The notes under the pieces: model-generated
Told to the model about the DNA's origin: nothing
Seen by the model: only the letters and a program-made list of their open reading frames with translations
The model's database searches: none
NCBI RefSeq assembly: GCF_009914755.1
Contig: NC_060940.1
Source of the DNA: the human T2T-CHM13v2.0 reference genome, Homo sapiens
DNA: 64,000 bases
Strand: one strand, 5' to 3'
Program-made: the position numbers and the translations under genes
Shown here: one piece after another, positions 44,767 through 61,542 of the stretch
Position numbering within the stretch: position 1 is the stretch's first letter
Layout: each line of letters opens with the position of its first letter

Positions 44767-45591
44767 TTTTAAGTTTTTTATTGACACATAATATTTTTAC
44801 ATATTTTTAGGATATATGTGGTATTTTGTTACATGTACAGAATGTGTAATGGTCAAGTCAGGGAATTTAGAATATCCATCATCACAATCATTTATCATTT
44901 CTATGTGTTGAGAACATTTCTAGTCCTCCCCTCTAGCTATTTTGAGATGTACAATACATTGGTGTGAGCTGTAGTCACCGTACTTTACTATTAACATTAA
45001 AACTTCTTCCTTCTGTCTACTGCCTGTTTGTACTTAACTAATTTCTCTTCACTTACCCTCCCAGACCGACAAACATCTGCATCCTTCCCAGCCTCTGGTA
45101 ACCACCATTGCGCTCTTTTTCTCCATATTTTAGGTCCCATCTGTGAGTGAGCATGTGCGATATTTCTCTTTCTGTGTCTGGCATATTTCATTTGACATAA
45201 CTATCTCCAGTTCCATTAAGGTTGCAGCAAATAATATGATTTCGTTCTTTTTTATAGCCAAATAGTATTTCATTGTGTAAATATACCACAATTTTTTAAT
45301 CCGTTATCCATTTATCCACTGATGGGCACAAGGTCCGTTCCATATCTTTGCTATCGTAGATAGTGCTACAATAAACATTAGGGTGCATGTATCCCTTTGA
45401 TAGACTGATTTTCTTTCCTTGGTATAAATACCAAGTAGTGGGATTGCTGGATCATACGGTAGTTCTATTTTTAGTGATTTTTTAAGAAATATCCATACTG
45501 TTTTCCATAATGGCTATACTAATTTACTTTTACACCAACAGTGTATGAGTTTCCTTTTCTCCACATCCTTGCTAGCATCTGTTATTTTTTG
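44767..45591 (-). mobile_element. L1MA (MA5-like), 5'-truncated insertion
   Basis: L1 3'UTR motifs; degenerate 15-bp TSD cagtgacagatttat/caatgactgatttct. Confidence 0.88.
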
Positions 45592-45824
45592 CAATGACTG
45601 ATTTCTATGAACAGGAGTCTTTGGAGCCTTCCTTCATAGCCATCGTCTCACACAGTCCTCACTGGTGCTATTACCAGCTCCATTTGCAGAAAAGGAAGCT
45701 AAAGCCAAAGCTTAAGTGAGTTCCTGATAAATAGTCCATATTTTACCTCAGGTCTTCTGATTCCAGACATCACGTGGACTGTCTGAAAGACGCAAAATTA
45801 GACAAACAGCAAAAAAGAGACCCT

Positions 45825-46220
45825 GTTGGTGTCCAACACTTATAATGAGGCTCACTTCTGAGGACACGTGCAGCCTAAGCAAGGCAGCCACTGCCTCTCA
45901 CCTTACAGCTTGCTGGGCTGATAATGGCCATAGGGGATCCTCAGCCAATGAGGGGTAAGATCTGTAGATAAACATCCTTGGGTCCAGCATCCTTGACCCT
46001 TAATGGACAATTCTGGGGGATGTTTCTCACTGTCTCTTAGAGAGTCCCCAGTAGGATTGAGCTCCAGTTGCCCACAGTGGAAGTCTTTCCATGAATGCAC
46101 CCTTTATTGGCTTGTGTCCACACCCTGTCTTACTTCCCAACTCCCTCACTTGTGATTCCTGGCATAACCTCCCAAATAAAAGAGTTTCACCCCAGTTCTT
46201 GTCTCAGGGGACCACAAAGA
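45825..46220 (+). mobile_element. LTR16-type ERVL LTR
   Basis: gagtccccagtaggattgagctccagttgcccacagtgg; acctcccaaataaa. Confidence 0.75.
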
Positions 46221-47783
46221 GAGTGACTATGTGGCCCCGTGAAGATGAACTTGTGACAATGGCATGACCAAGGTTTACCACCTGAGCTCTCCCTGTTAGC
46301 GCTAGTTACATGTAGCATGTGAGCTGGGTTCTTCTTTCCCAGTCATTTTCCTGTCTTAACCTTGGGGTGAAGGACAATGTTCTTGACCTAGAATGGCCTA
46401 GGCAGAGTCTGATAAGATTGTTGTGGATGCAAAGGGAACAGGGTTGTGGTTGCTGAGCATTGCATCCAGTGCGTACCTTGTTCCCTTGCTGCACTCTCAT
46501 CATGTTTGGATTCAGATGAACTTTGATGTTCTGTGTGAGGTGGACGTTAGCACTGTATCTGTACTGAGTTAGGCGAGGCGGTCCCGGCAAAGTAATTACA
46601 AGGAAATGCTGTATTTTAGATTGTTTGAGTTTTCCAATAGAGACATATCAATCTTGCTTGGGAATACTTTGACTTGTGCTTTGTGATCAGATTTCCCTGT
46701 GCTTCTGGTGAAGCTTATGGATTCATGAGTTAGCTCTGCAAATGGAGAGTTTGTGTTAGAAGTCAAATCAGTTAAAGCTCTTTGATACTGCACATATTCA
46801 TGGGCAGAATTGCTGCAAAAATCCTCTAAACACATACGAGGAGCTACATTATACCTTTAAGTGGCAGGATCAGCTTCGTGACAAAAACCAAACCAGGAAT
46901 GAGAGGGGAAAATAATCTAAATGTGTTAAGGGAAGTATGCAAAATGGCTGAAAGCTGACAAATGGCAGAGCCAGAACGTGAGTTCTGCTGATTCCAGACA
47001 TCCTGCCTGATGAACATAAAATTGGAAGGAAAAAAAAGTAAATGAGCTATGATGAGACCAAGTGGCCCATATGGGTATCAAACTCAACAGGATGGCATGA
47101 CCAGGCTTTTTTACTCAGGCACAAAGAGCTTTTGAGCATTGTTTGATAATATTCCAAAAAGAAAATGATAGAGCCAAATTTCCCAAATGTTCCATGTAAA
47201 ACTAGGAAATGACTGAAGCATTCACCCTCATTTCTAAGTATTGTAAGTGTCTGGATCAGAATCCATTGCCATGGCTTATTCATTCAGAGCTTGTTGCTGG
47301 GGATTGGGATGCTTAGACTGGCAGGACTGGTGTCTCCTTGGCTAGACAAAGATCCTTGCATGGCATTAAGGGAGCCTGTCCTGACATTTCATAAAATCAT
47401 TTCTGAACCGTGACGTTTCCAGTATTTTATTGTGAACATTTTCAAACATAAAGTTGAAAGAATTTTACACTAAACCACCATGTGCCCATAACCTCGATTC
47501 TACAGTTTACATTTGACATTTCCATATACTTGCTTTATATATATAAATATACACATCACACACACACACACACAGTCCCTGCCTCTATACATCCACCTTA
47601 CTTTTTATGCATTTCAAAGTAAGCAACAGATATGTAACACTCCACCCCCTAAATAGATCTGCATGCATATTGTTAATTAGAATTCAATATTTGCTTTTGG
47701 TTATTTTCTTCTTCAGAGGAAAATTTACATACTATGAAACCCACAAAGCTTATGCGTCATGTTTACATTTTGACAAACATATA

Positions 47784-47863
47784 TTACTTTGGTGCAAAAG
47801 TAATTGCTGTTTTTGACATTAAAAGTAATGGCAAAAACCGCAATTACTTTTGTGCCAACTGAA
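47784..47863. mobile_element. MADE1 (Hsmar1-derived 80-bp MITE)
   Basis: ttggtgcaaaagtaattgc...gcaattacttttgtgccaa inverted repeats, flanked by TA. Confidence 0.92.
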
Positions 47864-48072
47864 TACAACTGTGCAACCCAAACCCCCATCAAGATAGAAA
47901 CCATCATTATGACCTCAGAAAGTTTCTTCATGACCTTCCTAGAGGCCACCAATATTCTGATTTTTCCCATCATAGACTTGTTTCAAGTTTCATTGGTTCT
48001 AGAATTTTATATGAATGAAATCGTATGGTATATATATTTTTGTTTGATTTCTTTCACTCAGCATAAGATTTT

Positions 48073-48417
<345 letters not shown>

Positions 48418-49194
48418 TAAGATTTTTTAGATTCATTCATGCTCATACATCAGCATTCATTTCTCTTTGTTGCTAGGTAATATTCTGTCACCTGGTCACT
48501 TGTATAGACCATATTTATTATCTACTCTCCTATTGATGGATGTCTGAGTTGGTTCCAGCTTTTGATTACAATGAATAAAATTGCTATAAAAACGTTCATG
48601 CACAATTCTGTGTATAGACCTGTTTTTCTTTCGCTTGGGTAGACTCCTAGCAGTAAAAGGGTATGTCATGGGGTAGACTCATATTGAGTGTTATCAGAAG
48701 TGTTCACTTATTTTTCTGAATTGGTCGATCCTCTTCCGGATAACGCGTGAGAGCAGTGACGGCTTTGCATCCTCACAAACATTTGCTGTTACTGATCTTT
48801 TTAATTTTAGCGATTCTGGTGAGTGTGTAGTGGCATCCCATTGTGGATTTAATTTGCGTTACCCTAACTACCCATATGTATGCTTATTGACCATTCTGTT
48901 CTGTTCTGTTCCTTAAAGGAACATTTTGTTCGTTTATTGGCTTTGTTTGTTTTTGGCTTGGCTAAAGTCAAACTTGCATCCTCCATCTGACCTGAGATGA
49001 GAGTCAGCTCAAATAGGGATACCTGGAGACTGCTCACGCGTGCATGGTTCGGGGGTCAACATCGGCAGAGTTTTGGGCAGAATTCATACACAGAAGTTGG
49101 GGCTTCCTGTCACTGAGTCTCTTCTATCTGGATTTTCCTCCCTTAATTTCCAACAGCTACTGTTGTCATGAACTCTGTTCTCTGTTCTGTAAAC

Positions 49195-49551
49195 AAGCAG
49201 TCCCCAACCTTTTGGCACCAGGGACTGGTTTCATGGAAGGCAATTTTTCCACATATTGGGGACGGGGATGATGGTTTGGGGGTGAAAGTGTTCCAGCTCA
49301 CATAATCAGGCGTTTGTTAGATTCTCATAAGGAACGTGCGACCTAGATCCCTCGCATGTGAGGATCACAATTGGGTTTGTAGGTTTGTACTTTGTACTCC
49401 TATAAGAGTCTAATGCCACTGCTGATCTCACAAGAGGTGGAGCTCAGGCAGTAATGCTCACTTGTCAGAGGCACATCTCCTGCTGTCCGGCCAGGTTCCT
49501 AACAGGCCACAGACCAGTACCGGTCCATGGCCGAGGAGTTGGGGACCCCTG
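49195..49551 (-). mobile_element. MER1B (hAT-Charlie)
   Basis: gcagtccccaacctttt ... gttggggacccctg TIRs; TSD ctgtaaac/ctataagc. Confidence 0.88.
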
Positions 49552-49683
49552 CTATAAGCCACCAAGACTATGGGTTTTCAGTCAGAATGTAGTTTCCCAT
49601 CTGGCACTGGTTGGTCCTCTTATCAGGCTGAAAGCCAGAAAAATGGGAAATTTACCCAGTGTCAAATTCTTCCAAGTGTTTAG

Positions 49684-50031
<348 letters not shown>

Positions 50032-51774
50032 TGAAGTTCACACTCCACATTCCCCAGGTAGTTGTTTATTATATGTGGCCAAAAGTTTATAGCAGTTTTC
50101 TACAGGAGAATTGGTCAAACAGGGGCTACTCAGCTATACCAGAAGTAGTGTCTTCTGCACTATAAATTTGAATGGCTTTAGAATATTCCATTGTATGAAC
50201 GAACACACCTTCTTTTATTAACCTTGCCTTCTATGGATGGTTATTCATATTCTTCTTATTGTTCTCTGTTATGATAACTTTGCCTCTGACACAAAATCAA
50301 CCTCACTGTGATGCATACTGGATGTGGAACTGAAGCAAGGGACAATTTATCTGAGCTCAAGCTTGCTCATCTGTAAAATGGGATAATTATAATAACAGAA
50401 AATATGTGCTTTAATGAGACTTAAATGGAAATAATATTTCCACCAAATGCAAGTAGTAATTTAGTGAAACAATGTGTGCAAAGTACCTAGCACTCTCTGG
50501 CATGTAATTAACTCAAATTAGGTGCTACTTGGTTCTCTTTGTAGTTGTCATTGTTACCATTATCCTTGCTGCCTACACTCATAAATGTATAAATAAAAGA
50601 TTGGAGAACAAATGGCATGTACGCAAATGTGTTTCTTCCTTTTTATAAATAAACATACCATGAGGATTTTTTATGTCAGTCAAGTTGTTTTTGAGAACAT
50701 GATTTTAATGACTGCATAATATTTATTTGGATGATCCATGGTGTTGGAAAATAATAAGTTACATATCTACCTTATATAAATTTCTCTGGGGAAACAAGTC
50801 ATTAAAAACAAGCTTATTTCTAATTTCAGCCTAATGCTGATAGACAATGTCAACTGGATAAAGTTGAGTCGCACATTTCAGTAGCTAGAATGCTTTTTAA
50901 AAGTACTTTCACGTTTGGACTAATAAAAATGACATATCTGTCTCATCCCTTTTCAAGGAAGCTGAAGTGCCTCATCAAATTTATTTTATTAGGATCCCGA
51001 CAGCAATCTTGTGGCCTGGGTGAAGGTCAAGGAGGTTTTGCCTTTTGCAGAAGGGAGTAACAAGTGATGTGATGATAAAGTGTTCTTTCTCTCTCGGTTC
51101 ATCCATGGTGGGAAAGAGCCCTTCAGCTCATTCTTCAGTTGGAGGTGGTTCAGGGCCCCATGTTGCTCAAATTGGTGATGACAGCCAGCTGTTTGGTCCC
51201 AATTCGCTGAGACTAGGAATTCAAACCCAGGAAAATTGAGACACCTGTGTATGAAAAGCATAAAGAGAAAATTTGGTTGCCCTCATGCTCACTCTTATGC
51301 CAAGTATTTATTCAAGAATTAAATGAATAAGAATAGGGATTTCAACTACGTTCTATCCTCCTCCTCCTCCTGCATCTGCCTGACCTTCTTGGGAGCCAGA
51401 TGTTCCACTGAACACTTTGCATGCACTGTGACTATCTAATGCAATCCTTGGGACAGATCTGTGAAATAGAGTCTGTTATTAGTCCCGTTTTAAAGATGAG
51501 GACACTAAGATTCAGATGGTTTAAGTAACCTGTCCAGTGTCCACAGCTCCTGTATTAGCTGAGAGTCTTGTGCCATTATATCAGAAAAGTCTGCTTGTGT
51601 CTTACAGTCTTGATCAGAAACAAGTATATCCCTCAGAACATAGAGGCGGCAATGGGGGGTGACTTTGTTCTAACCCACAAGGAAGATTATTACATGAATA
51701 GTATGGGAATCTTGGCAGAAAATTAGTGGGTTATTTTTTAGTCCTTATTAGTAAGGACTCCAGGCAAGATAGAG

Positions 51775-52101
<327 letters not shown>

Positions 52102-52427
52102 AAGATAGAGTCTTTTAACTTTGAAAAGTTAGGATTCAAATCAGTCTAGCCATTGAATCGTATTTATTGAGCACCTGCTGTGTATCAACCTCAGTAGAAG
52201 ACCCAAGAGATATACTGGTGAATGGGATAGACATGGTCTATATTTCAGAGGCCTACTAGTATACAGTTGAAGACGGGCATTGAACACAGGATCACAGCTA
52301 TGCTAATAGGGGTGTTACTGCAGGGCCATCCAACCTAGAACAAGGATCATATTACCAGCGTTTAGAGAATAGGGTATACACATGCTTTTAAATGCACAGA
52401 GTGTACCACTTCAGAGAATACTGATTT

Positions 52428-53228
<801 letters not shown>

Positions 53229-53281
53229 TGTCAAACAAGCTAGTACAGGAGTTGAACATTTTCCAGATTCAGAAAGATCTC

Positions 53282-53592
53282 CCTGCCCTTAATCCCAGCA
53301 TTTTGGAAGGCTGAGGCAGGTGGATCACTTGAGGTCAGGAGTTTGAGACCAGCCTGGCCAACATGGTGAAACCCTGTATCTACTAAAAATAAAAATAAAA
53401 AAAAAATAGCCAGGTGTGGTGGTGGGTACCTGTAATCCAAACTATTTGGAAGGCTGAGGCAGGAGAATAGGAGGATTGACTGAACCCGGGAGGCAGAGGT
53501 TGCAGTGAGCCAAGACCATCGTGCCACTGCATTCCAGCCTGGGCAACAAGACAAGACTGTCTCAACAACAACAGAAAAGAAATAAAAACACC
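53282..53592 (+). mobile_element. AluS, 5'-truncated
   Basis: TSD agaaagatctc. Confidence 0.93.
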
Positions 53593-55527
53593 AGAAAGAT
53601 CTCACTAAACTGGAGCAATGGACTAAAGCCTCAAAGAGGAAATTTCATTTATAAGGTTAGGCTGTAGAAGTAAGTACAGAATCAAGAGATTTGGCATAAG
53701 AAAAACCTACGTGGAAAAGATCAGAAAAAGTCCCTCAAGCACAGAGTCAATATTAATTAGCAAAGCATTCGGTGCTGCTGTTTTAACAGCAACAGTGAAT
53801 TCGCACGTTTGTTTTTCAGGCCATGCAAAGGGAAAAATGATTTATGTCTATTCCCAGACAGTGTGTTTTAAACGGTGTCTTCCCTTTCAAGAGACTTTTC
53901 TAGTAAGAATTTTTTTAATAGGGAAATAAGTAATAACTTTGAGAGCAATTTAACTTGATCATGAATCAGAATGATTCAGAACCACAAAAGAAGCTGATAT
54001 TCTTTCATGTTCTCTAAATATCTTCACTAAATGTAAAGTAATTGGACATTTATAAGAATTCAGACTCTCCCATAACAAAAGTAATACCAATCATGGGTTG
54101 GTATAGGATGCACAGTTTTAAATACAGCATCTTACTTGATTCTCAAAATACTCTTGGGAGAAGAGCCCAACTGGTGTTTTTATGTGTAGTCACTGTGTGT
54201 CCACCTGTTTCAGTAAAGCATTAGGACAATTTACATAACTCTATACCGTACAGTATAAACAAGGCTGTGATGAAATTTGAAAGGAAGACAATAAGGATAG
54301 GAGAGCTATAAAGAAGGCAAAACAAGTGAACACAATTCCAATCTGTGTAGTCCTGCACATTTGCTGGAGGTGGAACAAAATCCTTGCCCCCATGTTATGC
54401 ATATGGAAATTGAGATTTGGAGAGATTACTGACATGCCCAGTATCACAGAGCTAGTGAGTAACAGAGCCCAAAACACATCAGCCCCACCGAAATTCTGTT
54501 GTTTTCTCTAGTACTCTATGCTGCCTTCCAATAACATGAAATATGGAATTTGTATTGGAAAAGATGCCAACTCGCAGAGAAACTCGATAGAACTATAGTT
54601 GGAAGTGTCTTTTCAATATGAGCCTCTAGCTATAAATGGATGAAATTTCCACTCCCTCAAAGCTTAGAACTTTCTTACTCTTAGCAGCTCACTAGTTGTT
54701 TAACATACCTAATATTAACCATCTGGTCAGGGAGCTAAATACAATGAAGGGCATCCAGCTATTATCCCACCCATTTGCCTATCCCAAGTTATGTTTTATT
54801 AGGTTGAGTTGTCAATTTTAAATAATCAAGAAAGATAGCTCCAGGTAAGTCTCACTATCTCGTTAATAACCCTTTACCAATTGCAGCTGTTTCGAGACCA
54901 GACCTTTGCAATGAGTTTAGAAAGCTGCTGTGGACCTATCATAATTTTTACTACACTTTGTGGCCACATGAACTGGCAGAAGAGGCTGTCCTAAAATCCT
55001 AATGTGGCAAAAACCAATTTTCAGAAGTCAATTTGGATGTTATAGGTAGCGCTCTTCACACCCAATAAATTGCTTATCTTTGGCTTTGAACTGATGGGCA
55101 CGTACACAAAAGATTGGAGCCAACTGATTGCATTATTAGCTGAGGAAAAAGTGTGTGACTGTGGCGAATTTAGCAAGGGGTAGTCTGGAGAAGGATCTGT
55201 GACCTGGGAAAAGTTTGTTTTGACGTGGAAGGTCAGGAGTTTTTGTTTGTCTCTTGTGTCCCTTTTTACGTTCATGTCTGTCCAGAAGTATTCATCTTCT
55301 CTTTGTGGTTTAAATGCCCTGGGCAGCTGAATTACTGTGTGACCTCCTATTGTCAGAGCATCTTTGTGGAGGAGAACCCATCACCTGTCTCTCGAAAACA
55401 GTTGTCCTTTGAACTTTCAAGATTATGGGGAAAAAATGTACTTATTTTCTCAATCATGGAGAGCATGTCCTTTAGAGATACCTTTGGCTGCAGATATGTG
55501 ACACAGCTGATTTAAAATAGCTTAAGT

Positions 55528-55851
<324 letters not shown>

Positions 55852-55986
55852 CTAACGAGAAGTCTCAGTGTAGGTGATGCTGGGTTTGGTTCAACTATTC
55901 AACAGTGCTATGAGAAATTCAGGCTATTCCTCTACTTCATCTCAGCATCCTTAATTGTCTGGCTTTAATCTTCATAGTTTTCCCCT

Positions 55987-56339
55987 TATATTGGTCTGTT
56001 TTCATGCTGTTGATAGAGACATAGCTGAGACTGGGAAGAAAAAGAGGTTTAATTGGACTTACAGTTCCACATGGCTGGGGAGGCCCTAGAATCATGACAG
56101 GGGGCAAAAGGCACTTCTTTCTTGGTGGCGGCAAGGGAACATGAGAAAGAAGCAAAAGCAGAAACCCCTGATAAACCCATCAGATGTCTTGAGATTTATT
56201 CACTATCATGAGAATAGCACAGGAAAGACCAGCCCCCAGGATTCAATTACCTCCCCTAGGTCCCTCCCACAACACGTGGGAATTCTGGGAGATACAGTTC
56301 AAGTTGAGATTTGGGTGGGGACACAGTCAAACCATATCA
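55987..56339 (-). mobile_element. THE1C-like solo LTR inside an older MLT1 LTR (~55820-56650)
   Basis: tatattggtctgttttcatgctg ... acacagtcaaaccatatca; 5-bp TSD cccct/ctcct. Confidence 0.9.
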
Positions 56340-58308
56340 CTCCTCATGGTGTGCAAGATGGCTGATACATGTCTAGCTATCATGTCAGCAAGACTGGGAG
56401 AATGTGGAAAGGGTGAGCCAGCCAGCCATGCTTGTCCTCTTTGGAATAAGAAAGTCTTATCAAAAACCACTAGAAGTCTACTGTTTGTCTCTCATAGGCC
56501 AGGACTGTGTTATGACACAGCTATGCTTAGCTGCAAAGGAGGCTGACACAGCAAGCATTTGGCTGTTTTATTTGTGCCTTAAACAAAATACAAGCTCTAC
56601 AGCAAGAAGAAGGAGAGAAATAAATGTTAGGGAGATGAGCAACCATGTCACTATGGGTTGTATAGTCAAATACATATATTTGGGAAACGTTATTTTCTTG
56701 CTGACAGAACTTCTCAGAGGTCTCAATATGCTAAGACACATTGAAGCTCTTGATGGGGAATAGTCATTATATTTGGCATTTTGCCAGAGTAAACAAAGAA
56801 CCCTTAATTTATTCTTTAGAATACCTATTAATTCAGAAGTGTTCTGAATGGCGTCATGAAATACTATGTTAGTGCCAGCTCACATCCTTTGCTGAGAGAG
56901 TTAAACGTATTTGTCTCAAATCAGCACAGCCTTCTACAGCTAAGGCAGGTGTACTGGCTGCTCCAATTGAGAACAAACAAGGCACCAGGGCCTTTGCATG
57001 TACCCCATGATGAAAAGATGGTGGCCTAAGTGCAAAATGGTTAATGAAATACCAAACTCAGATACCAGGCCACTGGTGTCTTCCAGTTCACTACATGTTT
57101 AAGGCAAAAATAAGAGAGCGGTTTTCTCAGACAGAGTCTTGAGACTACAAAACAGTCAAGACATTTCCCCAAGCAAACTCAGAAAAATATTAAGCCTAGA
57201 CAATGTAGAGCGTTAGTAGTTAGGGAATGCAGTATTTCAATTCCAGATCTACCATTTATAAGCTGTGTGTTTTTGGGTAAGGTACTCTGAGACTTAGTGT
57301 TCTAATCTGTAAAAGGGGATAATTCCTTCCACTGGAGTTCTAATTAAGACTCATTGGGGTGACGATGGTTGTAAAGTGCTTATTGCAGTACAGTGGAGCT
57401 GTTTCTGTCCCAGATCCTTTATCAAGGATTGAGCCAAGCGGAATCCTTGTCTTTGTTAGTCCAAATTGGATTCCCCATTCCTCAAGGTCTTGTATAGCTT
57501 AACTTATAACTTTCAAAGCAAGATATCCTGACATTGCTGTTTTGACCTTGACATTTAAACCATGCTTTGAAATTAAGTTTTGTGTCTTTACCTTGCCAGT
57601 AGTATTTGCTCCAAGAAGTAAGTGCACACCACCAGTCTCAAATTCAGTTCATAATATTGCTGCTAAGAATGATGCACACAAAATAAAACAAGCAATGGCA
57701 AAAACTGGGCACAGTAAAATTTGCTGGAGATAGGAAATTGGCTAAAAGATCAAATATTGCTGGCATCATGAAAAACCACAAAAAAATCCTATGAAGAATT
57801 AGACTTGGCAGAAAGAACGAGAGCAAAATAAAATTATAATGGCCAAAACTACATAGAAGAGGTTTTATTATTGACTAGAAATCAATGCAAATATAAAAAA
57901 AGACTTCCTGTCAAAAATACACAACTGCAAAACTGGCTTTGGCGGACTAAGGCTACCAAAGAAAATCCACAAGTCAGCAGTTGCCATTGGTAAAATTTAA
58001 CTTGGCAAAAAACAATCAATGAACCAAATAGTTGACATAAAATGTACACACAGCACAATTAATCCTGATGAAAATAATTCCAGCAAAGTAAAATTGATTT
58101 TTTTAATTCAATTGTTTATGCCATGTAGGAAACTGATCAATGACTTAATTTGACTTGATAAAGTTTGCTTTGAGAAACATTGGATGAACAATGTTGGAAA
58201 AAGTCTGACTCATTTTATTGCTTTGAAATATATATAAAAAGCTAGCAAGGTCCAAATGATAGGATTAAAATATCCTATACTCATTTTAAATATACAATGC
58301 TTAGCACC

Positions 58309-58619
58309 GGCTGGACACGGTGGCTCACGCCTGTAATCCCAGCACTTTGAGAGGCCGAGGCGGGCAGATCACGAGGTCAGGAGTTCGAGACCAGCCTACC
58401 CAACATGTCGAAACCCTGTGTCTACTAAAAATACAGAGATTAGCCAGGTGCGGTGGCATGTGCCTATAGTCCCAGCTACTCAGGAGGCTGATGCAGCAGA
58501 CTCACTTGAACGCGGGAGCCGGAGGTCACAGCGAGCCAAAACCGTGTCATTGCACTCCAGCCCGGGCGACGAAGCAAGACTCCCTCCGTCTCAAAAAAAA
58601 AAAAAAAAAAAAAAAAAAA
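58309..58619 (+). mobile_element. AluSg-like
   Basis: TSD gcttagcacc/gcctagcacc. Confidence 0.95.
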
Positions 58620-58946
58620 GCCTAGCACCAAAGTATTAGCAAGTTCCTCTTATTTATTAATGTTCTCATACTTTCATTGAATTTTTAAACCTAATGATGT
58701 TTATTTTCAAACACTTCAGTCCATTTATTATTGAATATAAAATGGGTGCTAATTACAAATGGGTCTTATGTATGCCCTTGGGTTGTCTAGCAAGATGGTT
58801 TCATAGGTAGTAATAAGAGCAGCAAGAGAAGAAAATAGTGTGGCCTTTACCTTTACTGAACACTCAATTTGGAATAGGCCTCATGCTTGGGACTGCCTCC
58901 ATCAGTGTGCAGCCTTCAGCGGCTACATTTGGAAATGGTACAAGTA

Positions 58947-58998
58947 TTAGGTTGGCGCAAAAAGTAGTTGCGGTTTTGCCACTGAAAGTAATGGCAAA
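58947..58998. mobile_element. Truncated MADE1
   Basis: ttaggttggcgcaaaaagtagttgcggttttgccactgaaagtaatggcaaa. Confidence 0.85.
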
Positions 58999-59771
58999 TA
59001 TTTAGAAATATTCAGAATATTTAGAAAGTACCTGCTGTTCTGACTATCTTAATTCAGATGTGCACTCACCTTTTGGCTCACGACAACAAAAGCCTTCGAA
59101 ATTCCTGCCTGTTTAGTTTGTGTTGACACATTGCAGATTCAACTCTGACATGTTATTTCCTTATGCTGAGGGTGTCTTGTTGAGTTTCATGGGTTTTGTG
59201 CTTCCCTGGTGCCTTATTAGGCTTATAACTCACAGAGCTATGACTTTAAATGTCAGGGTTGTCACCAAAACAATGGAGCAAAAAGCAAGTTGTTGACATT
59301 CTTTGGACGCAATTTGCAATCCCCTTTATTTTCCTGTAACGTTTTTGTGTTTCCAGGTGACAGTTGCCCACCGAACCACAGAACCACAAAGCCCAGAGTT
59401 TTAGTTACATACTGCTGCTCTAGGATCAGTAGCCCTTAGGTCCAAAAGCCGTTTCTGATACAGCCTTGGGCAAGCTGGTTCCTTCTCTGAGCCTGGGCCC
59501 CTGTCCTATAAAGTAAAGGTGTTATTACCCTTCATAGGATTGTTGTGAGAACAAAGTATTTACATTCTTCATATAATCAGAACTTTTCCAAAAACATGGG
59601 ATCTTTTACATGGCTCAACATGTTTAAAGCTGTTTATGTTCATCTGATATTTTAACATTTTGTAGAGTAGAAAATGCTTCAAGCAAATAAATGAGCTTTA
59701 TGGTAATTTTTTTTGCCAGCATTTAGAAGCTGGTGGTTAATAAATACTAATATGTATTTAGAAGTTTAGAA

Positions 59772-59993
59772 CAGAGATTTTTCAGCAACAACCACAGGCT
59801 AGATATAGCCCACTACCTGTTTTTGTCAATAAAGCTTTAATGGAACATAAGCATGGCCATTCATTAATATATGATCAATAGATTTTTTTTGGTACAAGGG
59901 CAGAATTGAGTAGTTGCAATAGAAACAGTGTGGATTACAATGCCTAAAATATTTACTACCTGGTTCTTTATAGACAAAATTTACAGACTCCTG
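59772..59993. mobile_element. MER58A-like DNA transposon
   Basis: cctgtttttgtcaataaagctttaatggaaca; gcctaaaatatttactacctgg. Confidence 0.75.
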
Positions 59994-60724
59994 GGGCAGG
60001 GTTTTATCAATTCCTTTCCATGTCTATGGATTTAGATATAAGCGTATATTTTGTTAAATATTACAGCAGACTTTGAGGTGGCTATCATCTCCATTTTACA
60101 GATGTAGAGGATCAGGCTCACAGGTAGTGAATGGCAGAACCAAGTATGAATTCCAGCCCACTAACGTCACATCTCTATTTGATCATTAGCGTATAGACTT
60201 TTGGTCCTTCATAAATTTTACTTTATAAAGATATTTTATGTTGTATAATTGATGTCATGGCCATATTGTTTAATCATCACTCACCATGCACCTATTGTGT
60301 GGCAGGCACTATTCTATCCATTAGGGCACAATAGTGAACGAAAAACTTGCTGCCATCAGAGAACTTGTGTTCTGGGCTTTCATGCACCTGCCTTGCAGGC
60401 GTCAGGAATCTGAATCACACTCATTCCCTCCATCACTTGGCTCACCAGTGGGACCAGACAGGAGTCCTGCAGTTTCAGCAATGAACCCCAGGGCTTGGTG
60501 CCTGCTCTGGAGGTGGGGAATGGGGTTCACAGTTTAGTGGAAGATTGCCTTTAGGGAGCACTCTTGGTTTCTAGAACCTGATATAGATGAGGGATGTAAT
60601 GAATTCGAGTCTGAATGTTTATTTGCCATGGACTTCTATCTCACGACTTTGCTATAAGGGCTACACGTCGGAAATGGGATCTAAGTAAACGTAGAGTCCA
60701 CAAGTTTCAGGACTTATATAGATG

Positions 60725-60878
60725 AGTGAATCTCAGATTTTCACGTGCCTACAGATTACCTGAGGATCTTGTAAAAAATGTAGTTTCTGATTTCAAGTCT
60801 CTGGGATAGGGCCTAGGACTCAGCATTTATAACGACATCCTAAGAGATGCTCTGAGGACCATACTTTGCATAGCAAGA
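60725..60878. mobile_element. MER5A-like fragment
   Basis: gattacctgaggatcttgtaaaaaatgtag; gaccatactttgcatagcaag. Confidence 0.6.
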
Positions 60879-61215
60879 AATGAGAACAGTCCAGGAGCCT
60901 CTAAGATCCCTCACATTTGAGGCTAGAAGCATGTAACATGAGTGGGTTCTCAAACCTAAAAGTCAGGGCTTGGGCATAAACTAAAACTGTGATCACCTCG
61001 CGTAGATTTGAGGCTTTGACTGGTCGTCAACCCCACCCACAAAAGCCTACAGCTTCCTCCTACCCCAGGTCCCAGCTTCTCCACTTCTCTCCAACTACCT
61101 CCCACTTTTCCTCAATTTCAGGCTCTTTCGTGCCTCCAGCCCAGTCTACAGCATGTTCCCTGGTTCAGACCATCCCAATCAGACCCCTATAGAGATGCCA
61201 AGCCATTCGTTTGTG

Positions 61216-61542
<327 letters not shown>

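Noticed and set aside
51740-51759. Hairpin agtcctta-ttag-taaggact
   Set aside because: An 8-bp stem is expected by chance in 64 kb.
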